IMG/VR virus record: IMGVR_UViG_3300045988_180666
Length of the DNA: 31,872 nt
Direction: 5' to 3' (one strand)
From: a virus
Taxonomy: Duplodnaviria > Heunggongvirae > Uroviricota > Caudoviricetes
Below are positions 9,721 to 16,745 of the stretch, in pieces. The notes under the pieces are model-generated. The model saw only the letters and a list, made by a program, of their open reading frames with translations. It did no database searches and was not told the origin of the DNA. Positions within the stretch are counted from its first letter, which is position 1; each line of letters starts with the position of its first letter. The translations under genes were made by a program, and so were the position numbers.

Positions 9721-11113
9721 CTTGTTGCTTTGATTTTTGGTTGTTGGAAACTTGCTTGGCATCCTTGTTCTCGTCGAGGGTGGTGAGCATGATGAGCGGC
9801 ACGTCTGGATAGACCTTCTGCTCCCAGTGGTTGAAGTAGATGACCACCCAGTGAACGGTCTCCATGAGGTCGTGGAACGCCTTCTCTATCGACTGCTTGA
9901 GGGTGAAGAGCTCTCGCTTGTCTGAGCCAGAGTTGTTGGTTTGGCTCTTGCCCGGTGTGGCGCCCACGAGATTAGGGTGGATGTTGTCGGCATAACACTG
10001 CATGTTGTTGCTCTCGGCGATGTCGTCGCTGTAGTCACCGCCATCCTTTGAGGTGTCGATGCGCGTGATGCGCACCATCTTTACCTCTTTGCCATCAGGT
10101 GTGGTGTAATAGCCCGCTATCCAGAGCTTGCCGCTATTCTCGATGCCTGAGATGAAGGAGCGGATTTTTTCTTTCTCCTTCAGCTTGCGCTCCTTTTGCT
10201 TTGCCTTGTCGGTGATGTGCTCCTCTTGGAAGATGCCACGCCAATAGTCGTTGTGTATCTCTACGAGGTAAGGGATGGCAGCGTGGTTTTTGAGCTTTGC
10301 CATCTTGCCGATGGCGATGAGCCGGGAGATGTCGTACCACTTGTCTCGGAAGATGGCGCTGTAGTAGGGCACGGGGTAGTATTGACTGCCAGGAGTAGGG
10401 AAGCGAGTCACGATGGCGAAGACTCTGTCTTTGCACTTTGCTCCACCCGTCTGTCTGGTCAGGGTCTGTCCGCTTTGACCGTCGAGCCCCATGCGCTGCT
10501 GTAGGTCGCCCAGTGGGTCTAGCTCGTCGAGGAGTGGCAGCACCTCGATGTTGTCGGGTTTGACGGCATTGCGCCAGTTGGTATAGAGCACGTATTCGGA
10601 GCGACCGTTTTTGCTCTGGGTGAACCGACAGTAGCACGCCTCTTTGTGCCGGATGCCCACGATGCGATCGCCCTTTTTGTTGAGGATGATGGCTGAGACA
10701 CAAAAGAAGAAGTACTTCATGTCTGTGATTTGCTCGAGGAAGAAGCGCGAGAGGTTGTTGTGCATCTTGAAGAGGTTGACCTCTTTGTCTTGTGTCGGAA
10801 GCTTTGTCTTGATGTCGTTGTACTGGAAGCCCATGCCGTAGCAGGTGAGCACGTTGAAGAGCTTGTTTTGCGCCATCACGCTGCTCTCGCCGATGTTTTT
10901 GATGAGCTGGTAGGGCAGCTTGTTGTCTGCCCCGAAGGGGATGTAGGTGTATCTTTGCTTGTCCACCTCTACGGAGACGGTGGGTGTGGTACCATCATCA
11001 TCGAAGATGGATGAGGACTCGACGAAGCCGCTGGTGGGCGACGAGGTCTGGTAATCGAGCACCTCGCCCATGGTGGCGTATGTGATGTCTATGTTATTGC
11101 TTTTGTCTGCCAT
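9707..11113 (-). CDS. putative portal protein
   Basis: The track ORF extends to 11284, but its first 57 codons overlap 11119..11379 and look non-protein-like. The ATG at 11113 (MADKSNNIDITYATMGE...) gives 468 aa. Size, the polar/acidic C-terminal tail and the position ahead of adaptor/tail genes suggest a portal. No motif-level proof. Confidence 0.45.
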   Translation of the reverse strand: MADKSNNIDITYATMGEVLDYQTSSPTSGFVESSSIFDDDGTTPTVSVEVDKQRYTYIPFGADNKLPYQLIKNIGESSVMAQNKLFNVLTCYGMGFQYNDIKTKLPTQDKEVNLFKMHNNLSRFFLEQITDMKYFFFCVSAIILNKKGDRIVGIRHKEACYCRFTQSKNGRSEYVLYTNWRNAVKPDNIEVLPLLDELDPLGDLQQRMGLDGQSGQTLTRQTGGAKCKDRVFAIVTRFPTPGSQYYPVPYYSAIFRDKWYDISRLIAIGKMAKLKNHAAIPYLVEIHNDYWRGIFQEEHITDKAKQKERKLKEKEKIRSFISGIENSGKLWIAGYYTTPDGKEVKMVRITRIDTSKDGGDYSDDIAESNNMQCYADNIHPNLVGATPGKSQTNNSGSDKRELFTLKQSIEKAFHDLMETVHWVVIYFNHWEQKVYPDVPLIMLTTLDENKDAKQVSNNQKSKQQDDTD

Positions 11114-11118
11114 AATCT

Positions 11119-11379
11119 TTATAAGTATATTGAATGGTCGTTGTATCTGAAGATGAAAATGTCTCTCACCTTGCGTATCTGGTGGTTGACTGGGTTGTAG
11201 AGGGTGTGGGTGCCGTTTTGCCAGGATGAGGACTTGACGAGCCATCCCCTGTACTGGATGATGGAACCATCGCCGCCCTTCCAACAGTCGATGTCAACGG
11301 GCGAGCGGTCGATGCGCGAGATGTCGAGGGCACGGCGCAGCTCGTTGATGTGTATTGCCTTGGGTGTCTTGTCTGCCAT
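11119..11379 (-). CDS. hypothetical small phage protein
   Basis: 86 aa with ATG at 11379. 5-nt gap to the putative portal start. Confidence 0.5.
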   Translation of the reverse strand: MADKTPKAIHINELRRALDISRIDRSPVDIDCWKGGDGSIIQYRGWLVKSSSWQNGTHTLYNPVNHQIRKVRDIFIFRYNDHSIYL

Positions 11380-11396
11380 ATATCTGAAGATGTTTT

Positions 11397-12458
11397 TTAG
11401 TTGAACGTATCGTCGAAGGAGTCGTCGAAGATGCGACCGCCCGTATTGTCGATGTTTTTGAACACGACATTCTGGACTCGCTGGGCATATTGGTAGCTGA
11501 AGGTGAACTCAGCCATGTCATCCAGCTCGTTGGTGCGCTCGCTCTTGGAGTCGGTGAAGGTAATCTCTTTGTCCTGTGTGTAGTCACGGAACAGATAGAT
11601 CTCATCGGAGCGCAGCAGGTCTTCGGCGAAGTGTGCCATGGACGGAGGAATAACACCTGTGTCGCCCTCGAAGGTGCGGGTCTCTTTGACGGAGTAGTTG
11701 ATCTTTTTGCCGCTGATGACGGCGCTCTTGCGCTCGAAGGTAGGTGCAATCTTCTTTTTGCCTAGGCAATAGAAGATCTCTTGGCACCCGAAGGAGTTGG
11801 TGAAGAGGAGCACCGGGTCGGCGACCGCCTCGGTATGGTCTATCTGGAAGTCTTGCACTCGCTTGCCCACGGTGACGGTGTAGGCGAAGAGGTCGCCACG
11901 GTCGGCATCGTAGTAACGGTCGGGCGAGACATCGAAGGTGGTGATGTTATTCACCGTATGGGTAGGGGTGGCATCGGCGGCGATATTGCCCTCCACGACC
12001 TTGCCGTCTTTGTAATATCGGGCTGTGACGGCGGCAGTGGTTCTGTCGGCACCTGCGGCATGGAGATATTCACGGTGTCCGAGCTGTGTGAGCTTGGCAC
12101 CATCGAGGAGGGTGAGGAAGTATTGGTCGAGGAACGACTGGCACGACATGTTGATGTCAACGGTGGCGTAGTAGGCGGTGAACTCGCACGACCAGTTGGC
12201 GACATCGCTCTCGCCATTGTGCTCGACAATCTTGATGGCGCACTTGGCGACCACGGTCGTGCGCACGGCATCGGAGATGAGCGTGCCGAGGTCGTAGATG
12301 GTGATGGTGCCAGCCACTGGGTAGTAAGTCTCGCTGAGCAGCTCTTCGCCCTCGCAGGTGATGGTAACGGTAGCGCGCTCGCCACCTATCTTGAAGGAGA
12401 AGGAGTCGAGCGCACTGGTGAACAATGGCGAAGATGGTTGGTTGGTAACTGTAATCAT
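11397..12458 (-). CDS. phage structural protein, function unknown
   Basis: 353 aa with ATG at 12458. First gene downstream of the -7 box at 12482-12489. Composition is beta-rich. Confidence 0.6.
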   Translation of the reverse strand: MITVTNQPSSPLFTSALDSFSFKIGGERATVTITCEGEELLSETYYPVAGTITIYDLGTLISDAVRTTVVAKCAIKIVEHNGESDVANWSCEFTAYYATVDINMSCQSFLDQYFLTLLDGAKLTQLGHREYLHAAGADRTTAAVTARYYKDGKVVEGNIAADATPTHTVNNITTFDVSPDRYYDADRGDLFAYTVTVGKRVQDFQIDHTEAVADPVLLFTNSFGCQEIFYCLGKKKIAPTFERKSAVISGKKINYSVKETRTFEGDTGVIPPSMAHFAEDLLRSDEIYLFRDYTQDKEITFTDSKSERTNELDDMAEFTFSYQYAQRVQNVVFKNIDNTGGRIFDDSFDDTFN

Positions 12459-12481
12459 ATCAATGTCTCATTAAAACGATG

Positions 12482-12489
12482 CAAAGATA
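12482..12489 (-). promoter_or_regulatory. -7 box TATCTTTG for the 11397..12458 / portal / tail operon
   Basis: GCAAAGATA lies 24 nt upstream of the ATG at 12458, directly downstream of terminator 12503-12541. Confidence 0.5.
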
Positions 12490-12502
12490 GGAAGGAAGGG
12501 GA

Positions 12503-12541
12503 GAAAATAAAAATACCTGATTGTCATCACGACAACCAGGT
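12503..12541 (-). terminator. intrinsic terminator after 12636..12947
   Basis: Minus-strand RNA: ACCUGGUUGUC-GUGAU-GACAAUCAGGU (11 bp, one G-U pair) followed by AUUUUUAUUUUC. Confidence 0.75.
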
Positions 12542-12635
12542 ATCGACTCATGGAGCGGACCACGCCTTGTTAAGCCTAAGGCTCCATTCCGAGACTGTTT
12601 TATGTTGTAAATGAAAAAAAATGTGCTTGTCTTGC

Positions 12636-12947
12636 TTACTCTTCGGGCTGTGCGCAGTTGATTATCCAGACGAGTCTGCCACCCTCGACAGACTTCATCT
12701 TGAAGCCGTGCTCGACCATGTACTCGGTGATGACGGGGATGGGAGCGACGACCATGCCGCTGATGGCCTCTTGTATATCTTTGGAGGATAGGAAGTCAAC
12801 GCATTGGCTGTATGGGTCATCGCCCGGTGTGTCGCCCTCGAAGTAAGCGTCGAGCGCCATGCGCACATAGTCGATCTTGCTCTCTTGCTCTGACTGTTGC
12901 TGCTCGTCGCTGTTAGCACTGAAGCCCATCACACGCATACGTTTCAT
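12636..12947 (-). CDS. hypothetical small acidic protein
   Basis: 103 aa with ATG at 12947. ATGA-type 4-nt overlap with the upstream gene, and followed by a strong intrinsic terminator. Confidence 0.55.
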   Translation of the reverse strand: MKRMRVMGFSANSDEQQQSEQESKIDYVRMALDAYFEGDTPGDDPYSQCVDFLSSKDIQEAISGMVVAPIPVITEYMVEHGFKMKSVEGGRLVWIINCAQPEE

Positions 12948-13213
12948 GCCTCACCTCCTTTCGTCTCCAGTGCTATGTTGATGGTCTTGAAGAGCTTGCT
13001 CATGTGGTCGAAGTTGTTGAGCATGAGTAGCACTTTGTCGGCACCGCCGAGGTCTTCGACACAGTTGGTCACCACCTCGTCTGAGATAAGCACCTTTTTG
13101 ACTTGCTCTAGGTACTCGATGAAGTAGCTGAGCTGGTTGACATCCATCATTTCTACGAGCGCATTCCAGACCTCTGCTGTCATGTGCATATTTGTTGCGT
13201 TGTTTGTGTTCAT
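12944..13213 (-). CDS. hypothetical small protein
   Basis: 89 aa with ATG at 13213. 4-nt overlaps on both sides indicate translational coupling. Confidence 0.55.
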   Translation of the reverse strand: MNTNNATNMHMTAEVWNALVEMMDVNQLSYFIEYLEQVKKVLISDEVVTNCVEDLGGADKVLLMLNNFDHMSKLFKTINIALETKGGEA

Positions 13214-13461
13214 GCTACGACTCCTCCCATCAGATAACCACCAAAGAAAACCACTGCCATGAAGGCTGCGAAGCCTAGTGTGGCCTTGACCACCTCGCCG
13301 TAGGTCACGCTCTCGTCGCAGAGTGCGGTGAAGGTCTCGCTCTCGGTCTTGGCGAGCTTCTTGATTTCACACTTGAGGGTATTGATACCCTCCTCTACGC
13401 TGATGCCTGCAGGTCTCACCTGCGCATCACTAATTAAAATTGAATTCTGCATAATTGCCAT
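13210..13461 (-). CDS. small tail-anchored membrane protein (holin-like or exclusion-type, unproven)
   Basis: The track ORF starts at 13575. The first 38 codons are AT-rich and contain a 14-bp inverted-repeat pair, so the ATG at 13461 (MAIMQNSILISDAQ...) or at 13452 is preferred. The C-terminus ATLGFAAFMAVVFFGGYLMGGVVA is a clear hydrophobic helix. Confidence 0.5.
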   Translation of the reverse strand: MAIMQNSILISDAQVRPAGISVEEGINTLKCEIKKLAKTESETFTALCDESVTYGEVVKATLGFAAFMAVVFFGGYLMGGVVA

Positions 13462-13709
13462 CTTATAACCATTATAGACCGACCTTGATGTATAAATACA
13501 ATGGTGGCGGTCACATTCACCGTTGGTTATAAGATGGTAGCTTTCCCAGCGAAGGGCAAGTATCTTACGGATCATGCAACCGCCATATTGAAAAGACCTT
13601 TTTCCCGCTGCCGGGAAAATGATACTTTATAGGCATAAAAAAAGCCCACGGCGTGAAGCCTAGGCGAAACAGTCGCCATCGCTGAGTAGATTACTACTAT
13701 CTTATAACC
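13458..13709. repeat. three copies of ATCTTATAACC (two extend to the 14-mer CCATCTTATAACCA in inverted orientation)
   Basis: 13460-13470 (+), 13525-13535 (inverted) and 13699-13709 (+, at the predicted start site of the orphan promoter). Confidence 0.6.
13637..13665 (-). terminator. intrinsic terminator about 45-70 nt downstream of the orphan promoter
   Basis: Minus-strand GCCUAGGC-UUCAC-GCCGUGGGC (8 bp with one bulge) followed by U7. Confidence 0.6.
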
Positions 13710-13714
13710 GATGG

Positions 13715-13746
13715 CAAAAGTACGAAGAATAATTGGAACCGCCAAA
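13715..13746 (-). promoter_or_regulatory. full consensus promoter (-33 TTTG, 20-nt spacer, -7 TACTTTTG) with no ORF directly behind it
   Basis: Plus-strand CAAAAGTA at 13715-13722 and CAAA at 13743-13746. Confidence 0.55.
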
Positions 13747-13816
13747 AAAAAAGCGAGAAATTTTGAAATAAATGACTTTTTTATGTTTTAGAGCATAAAA
13801 CAAGGGGGTGAGGAAC

Positions 13817-13848
13817 GAAAAAGCCCCGGATGCTCACGCACCCGAGGC
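13817..13848 (-). terminator. intrinsic terminator of the AT-rich three-gene operon
   Basis: Minus-strand GCCUCGGG-UGCGUGAGCA-UCCGGGGC followed by UUUUUC, beginning 7 nt after the stop at 13855. Confidence 0.65.
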
Positions 13849-13854
13849 TGACAG

Positions 13855-14247
13855 TTATTTTTGGAAATAAACTTTTAAAGGGATTGAATTCTCCACATTG
13901 CCAATTTTGAAAGAGAACTGATAGTTGCCCTCTGCAGGGAACTGGAGGTCGGAGAACTCAAAGATGAAGTTGCTGAAGAGAAACTCATCTGAAGGGTGTG
14001 GCTCAATCTTGGAATTGATGGGCTGGCCAAGAATCATCTTGCCAGTGCTCATCTCTGTAACCTCTGCCGAGAACTCTTGCTGAAGTTTGCTTTCCTCGCT
14101 GTTCATCTTAACTCTCGCTACCATGAAGAGGTTGCTCTTAGGCAGCGGTGCTTTTCTTACCACATAGTGGTCAAAAGTGCCCACGATGGTAAGTTTGCCG
14201 TCATTATCTTGTGCAAAGTCACACAATGCAAGAATATCTATGTTCAT
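13855..14247 (-). CDS. hypothetical protein, third gene of AT-rich ORFan operon
   Basis: 130 aa (MNIDILALCDFAQDNDGKLTIVGTFDHYVV...), predicted all-beta by composition. ATG at 14247 overlaps the upstream stop by 4 nt. A terminator hairpin begins 7 nt after the stop. Confidence 0.65.
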   Translation of the reverse strand: MNIDILALCDFAQDNDGKLTIVGTFDHYVVRKAPLPKSNLFMVARVKMNSEESKLQQEFSAEVTEMSTGKMILGQPINSKIEPHPSDEFLFSNFIFEFSDLQFPAEGNYQFSFKIGNVENSIPLKVYFQK

Positions 14248-14684
14248 TTTATATGTCCTTTAATGTTAGACTCGATAGCCGAGTGTTTGAAAAGTTTTTT
14301 ATAATTGTCGAATGAATATTTGAGTTTGCTCACCGTGCGCTTGTTTGTGCTCACTAGGTTGGCTCCATGTCTGCCAGAGATGCCTTCCTTGGTATTGAAC
14401 TTCAGAGAATTTCTTTTGGAGTCAACCCAAAGCCTGATGGCATCGCCTTGTATCTTGTCACCCACATTGCCATGGACGTTGAGATCTTCTCGTATTTTCT
14501 TGTCCTCTTCGTTGAGCTCAAGAGCTTCGGTGATTTCTACGGAACTATTTCGGTCTAGTTCGTATAATGTCATCTTTTTGCCCGTGATAGGTTCCTCTTT
14601 GAGTCCCTTCCACTCAGCCCTTCTGGCAATGACATCAGCTTTTTTGCCCTCTATGATTTCACCTTCTTTGATATATATAGCCAT
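14244..14684 (-). CDS. hypothetical Lys-rich protein, second gene of AT-rich ORFan operon
   Basis: 146 aa. Its start overlaps the upstream stop in a TAATG arrangement (shared nt 14684). No motif recognised. Confidence 0.65.
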   Translation of the reverse strand: MAIYIKEGEIIEGKKADVIARRAEWKGLKEEPITGKKMTLYELDRNSSVEITEALELNEEDKKIREDLNVHGNVGDKIQGDAIRLWVDSKRNSLKFNTKEGISGRHGANLVSTNKRTVSKLKYSFDNYKKLFKHSAIESNIKGHIK

Positions 14685-15112
14685 TATTGGATACTTTTTT
14701 GCATTGATTTTTCACTGAAAGAGAATACCTCAGCCATATCATCAGGCGAGGTGATGCTCATGAGCGATGGGCTGACCTCAAGAGCCACCTCAATGTCTTC
14801 AATGGAAGCATCTTTATCTTGTTTGATGATGTACTTATCCTCATGCTCTTCAATCTCTTTATCAAACTCTTCTTCGGTAATATTGCCGTCAAGCATTTCG
14901 CAATATAGTTTGAAGTAGTTGCGCTCACGTGTGCGGTTGTTAACGGCACGAGTCATCAACTCCTTGAGTCTGTCGGCAGTACTGATGTTGAAAAAGTTAG
15001 CCTTATTGGTAACACCAGCGAATGCAACCTTGCCAGTACCTTTGTCTTGTATAGCCACAACAGGGCTGCCATCAGTTTGGTATGTTGTATATATAGTCGT
15101 TGTATTGCTCAT
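14684..15112 (-). CDS. hypothetical protein with acidic C-terminal half, first gene of AT-rich ORFan operon
   Basis: 142 aa with ATG at 15112, about 30 nt downstream of a full consensus promoter (15143-15174). Acidic stretch EEEFDKEIEEHEDKYIIKQDKDASIEDIEVALE. Confidence 0.65.
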   Translation of the reverse strand: MSNTTTIYTTYQTDGSPVVAIQDKGTGKVAFAGVTNKANFFNISTADRLKELMTRAVNNRTRERNYFKLYCEMLDGNITEEEFDKEIEEHEDKYIIKQDKDASIEDIEVALEVSPSLMSITSPDDMAEVFSFSEKSMQKSIQ

Positions 15113-15142
15113 AATTCACATCCTGTTTATATTAACACGGTG

Positions 15143-15174
15143 CAAAGATACGGATATTTTTTGTAAATCGCAAA
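15143..15174 (-). promoter_or_regulatory. full consensus promoter of the AT-rich three-gene operon
   Basis: Plus-strand CAAAGATA at 15143-15150 and CAAA at 15171-15174, an exact 20-nt spacer. The ATG at 15112 follows. Confidence 0.65.
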
Positions 15175-15299
15175 TTTAATGATAAATTTAACAACAAAAA
15201 TTGCAATAAAGATTGGAAAATGGTATATAAAAAATGCTCGACCGCTTTTTGGCTCTTGCCAGACGCTTTCGCCGCAGGCGAAAATTTTTGGAAAATGAG

Positions 15300-15321
15300 G
15301 GGGAAGGTTTTAGCCTTCCCC
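15300..15321. terminator. GC-rich hairpin after radC (possible bidirectional terminator)
   Basis: GGGGAAGG-ttttag-CCTTCCCC, 20 nt after the radC stop. U-rich tracts follow on both strands but are not immediately adjacent. Confidence 0.5.
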
Positions 15322-15340
15322 TTACCTTATTATATATATA

Positions 15341-16024
15341 TTATAGCTTTCCTTTGTCGTGGTAGCTGTAGAAGCCATCCTCAGCCAAGATGATATGGTC
15401 CATCAAGAAAAGTCTCATCACCTCGCACGCCTTGGCTATCTTCTGCGTGAGCATATCGTCCGCCTTGCTCGGCTGCGTGCTGTTCGATGGGTGGTTGTGT
15501 GCCACGGCGATGATGGTTGCATTGTTGAGCACGGCTTCTTTCATTATCAGTCGAACGTCCACCGCTGTCTCGGTGATGCCTCCCTCGCTGAGCTTGGTGC
15601 ACTTTATCAGCCTAAAGTTTTGGTTCATCAGCACTACCCAAAAGCCCTCTGTCTCATTGCAGCCTATCATTGGGCGAAGATAGTTGTAGAGTGCCAGGCT
15701 GCTGCCTAGGTCGGTGTTTCTCGCTACCTTTTCCATTTGGTAGCGTCTGCCTAGCTCGATGGCTGCCTGTAGGGCTATCGCCTTGCAGTCTCCAATTCCT
15801 GGTACCACTTCCAGGTCTTCTATTCTCGCCTTGCCGATGTTGCGAAGCGAGTTGCCCATGATGTTATAAATCTGTCGTGCCTGCTCTTGGCTGTCCTTGG
15901 TACCTGCCCCTCTGTTGATTACCAAAGAAATCAAGTCAACGTTGGTAAGGGTGTCGAAACCTTGGTTATAGGCTCTGTACTGCGGTCTCTCCTCCATACA
16001 AAGATTGTTATAATTTTGTCTCAT
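15341..16024 (-). CDS. radC: RadC-family JAB/MPN domain protein
   Basis: 227 aa. The N-terminal part is HhH-like (LEVVPGIGDCKAIALQAAIELGRR). The C-terminal JAMM motif is intact: E in ETEGFWVVLMN, then AHNHPSNSTQPSKADDMLT (HxHx7SxxD). Confidence 0.85.
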   Translation of the reverse strand: MRQNYNNLCMEERPQYRAYNQGFDTLTNVDLISLVINRGAGTKDSQEQARQIYNIMGNSLRNIGKARIEDLEVVPGIGDCKAIALQAAIELGRRYQMEKVARNTDLGSSLALYNYLRPMIGCNETEGFWVVLMNQNFRLIKCTKLSEGGITETAVDVRLIMKEAVLNNATIIAVAHNHPSNSTQPSKADDMLTQKIAKACEVMRLFLMDHIILAEDGFYSYHDKGKL

Positions 16025-16039
16025 ATCTTTTGTTATTTG

Positions 16040-16564
16040 TTAGTTATACATTCTCTTTGTTCTCGCTAGGAACATCGCTCCCATCACTTGTGCGCCACAT
16101 TCGGCTAGCTCGTTGGCGAACTCTCGGGCGGTCGCTCCGCTCGTCACCACGTCGTCGAAGATGATGACTTTCTTTCCGCTGAAGTACTCTCTATCGAGTG
16201 CCACTCTGTAGTCGAAGCTCTCACACACTCTGTCTGTGCTGAAGTGCTTGGCTGTGCGCTCTCCATAGATGGAAATGTGCTCGTTTCCGTTCTGTACCTT
16301 TGCGCCTTGGCTCACCTTTTGGGCGAAGCGAGAAAAGCGCTTGGTGTACTTCTTTGAGTTGGCTGCTGGAGCGCAAACCATCACGAAGTCGCTGGCTTTG
16401 TCGCCATAGGTGTTGACGAAAGAGCTGACCACCATATCGGCAGCTGCGTCTGTCGCCCACTGCTTTCCATCCTTGAAGGCAAAGATGAAGTTTCTCACTT
16501 GCTCTGCTTGTGCTGAGCGGTCGAAACGCTTGGAGCTGTACTCGTAATAATTGAAAGTTTTCAT
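16040..16564 (-). CDS. ComF-like phosphoribosyltransferase (PRTase) domain protein
   Basis: 174 aa. Canonical PRPP-binding loop KKVIIFDDVVTSGATAREFANELAECGA. The upstream segment VCAPAANSKKYTKRFSRFAQKVS resembles the ComF-type R.F.Q region. No N-terminal Cys4 zinc finger is present. Only 15 nt separate it from radC. Confidence 0.8.
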   Translation of the reverse strand: MKTFNYYEYSSKRFDRSAQAEQVRNFIFAFKDGKQWATDAAADMVVSSFVNTYGDKASDFVMVCAPAANSKKYTKRFSRFAQKVSQGAKVQNGNEHISIYGERTAKHFSTDRVCESFDYRVALDREYFSGKKVIIFDDVVTSGATAREFANELAECGAQVMGAMFLARTKRMYN

Positions 16565-16745
16565 ACGCTTAAAATTTTTATTCTAGCCAGAGGGAGGAAG
16601 GAGCTTTTTTATTTGAACTCGTCTTTGCCTGCCCGTCTGAGAGTTTTTTTTATTCTGTCCGTCGGTCGTTTTTGTCGCTTTTTACGGTGCGATGCAGACG
16701 AGCGGAGAAGAGGTATGAAAGCCAAGGAATTTTGCAAAAAGTTTA

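Noticed and set aside
11114-11284. 5' extensions of track ORFs: 9707..11284, 20427..21302, 13210..13575, 25952..28936, 24613..25209, 21917..23035 and 30547..31188
   Set aside because: The extensions start at non-ATG codons or overlap upstream genes, promoters or terminators, and they encode non-protein-like peptides. Internal ATGs placed just after the neighbouring stop or promoter fit better. The 13575 ATG is real, so that case remains uncertain.
11781-12614. 277-aa plus-strand ORF, with similar long antisense ORFs at 18396..19124, 2305..2853, 6596..7147, 27464..28039, 17688..18158, 20542..21176 and 23508..24089
   Set aside because: All lie entirely antisense to longer minus-strand genes with recognisable motifs or operon context. 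Their products are low-complexity (G/V/A/L/R-rich), as expected for shadow ORFs in GC-rich coding DNA. They have no promoter boxes or sensible starts.
15267-15283. Hairpin TTTCGCC-gca-GGCGAAA followed by A-TTTTT on the plus strand, a possible plus-strand terminator in the radC/ORFan intergenic region
   Set aside because: No plus-strand transcription unit upstream would need it. It may simply be part of the bidirectional termination zone with the 15300-15321 hairpin.
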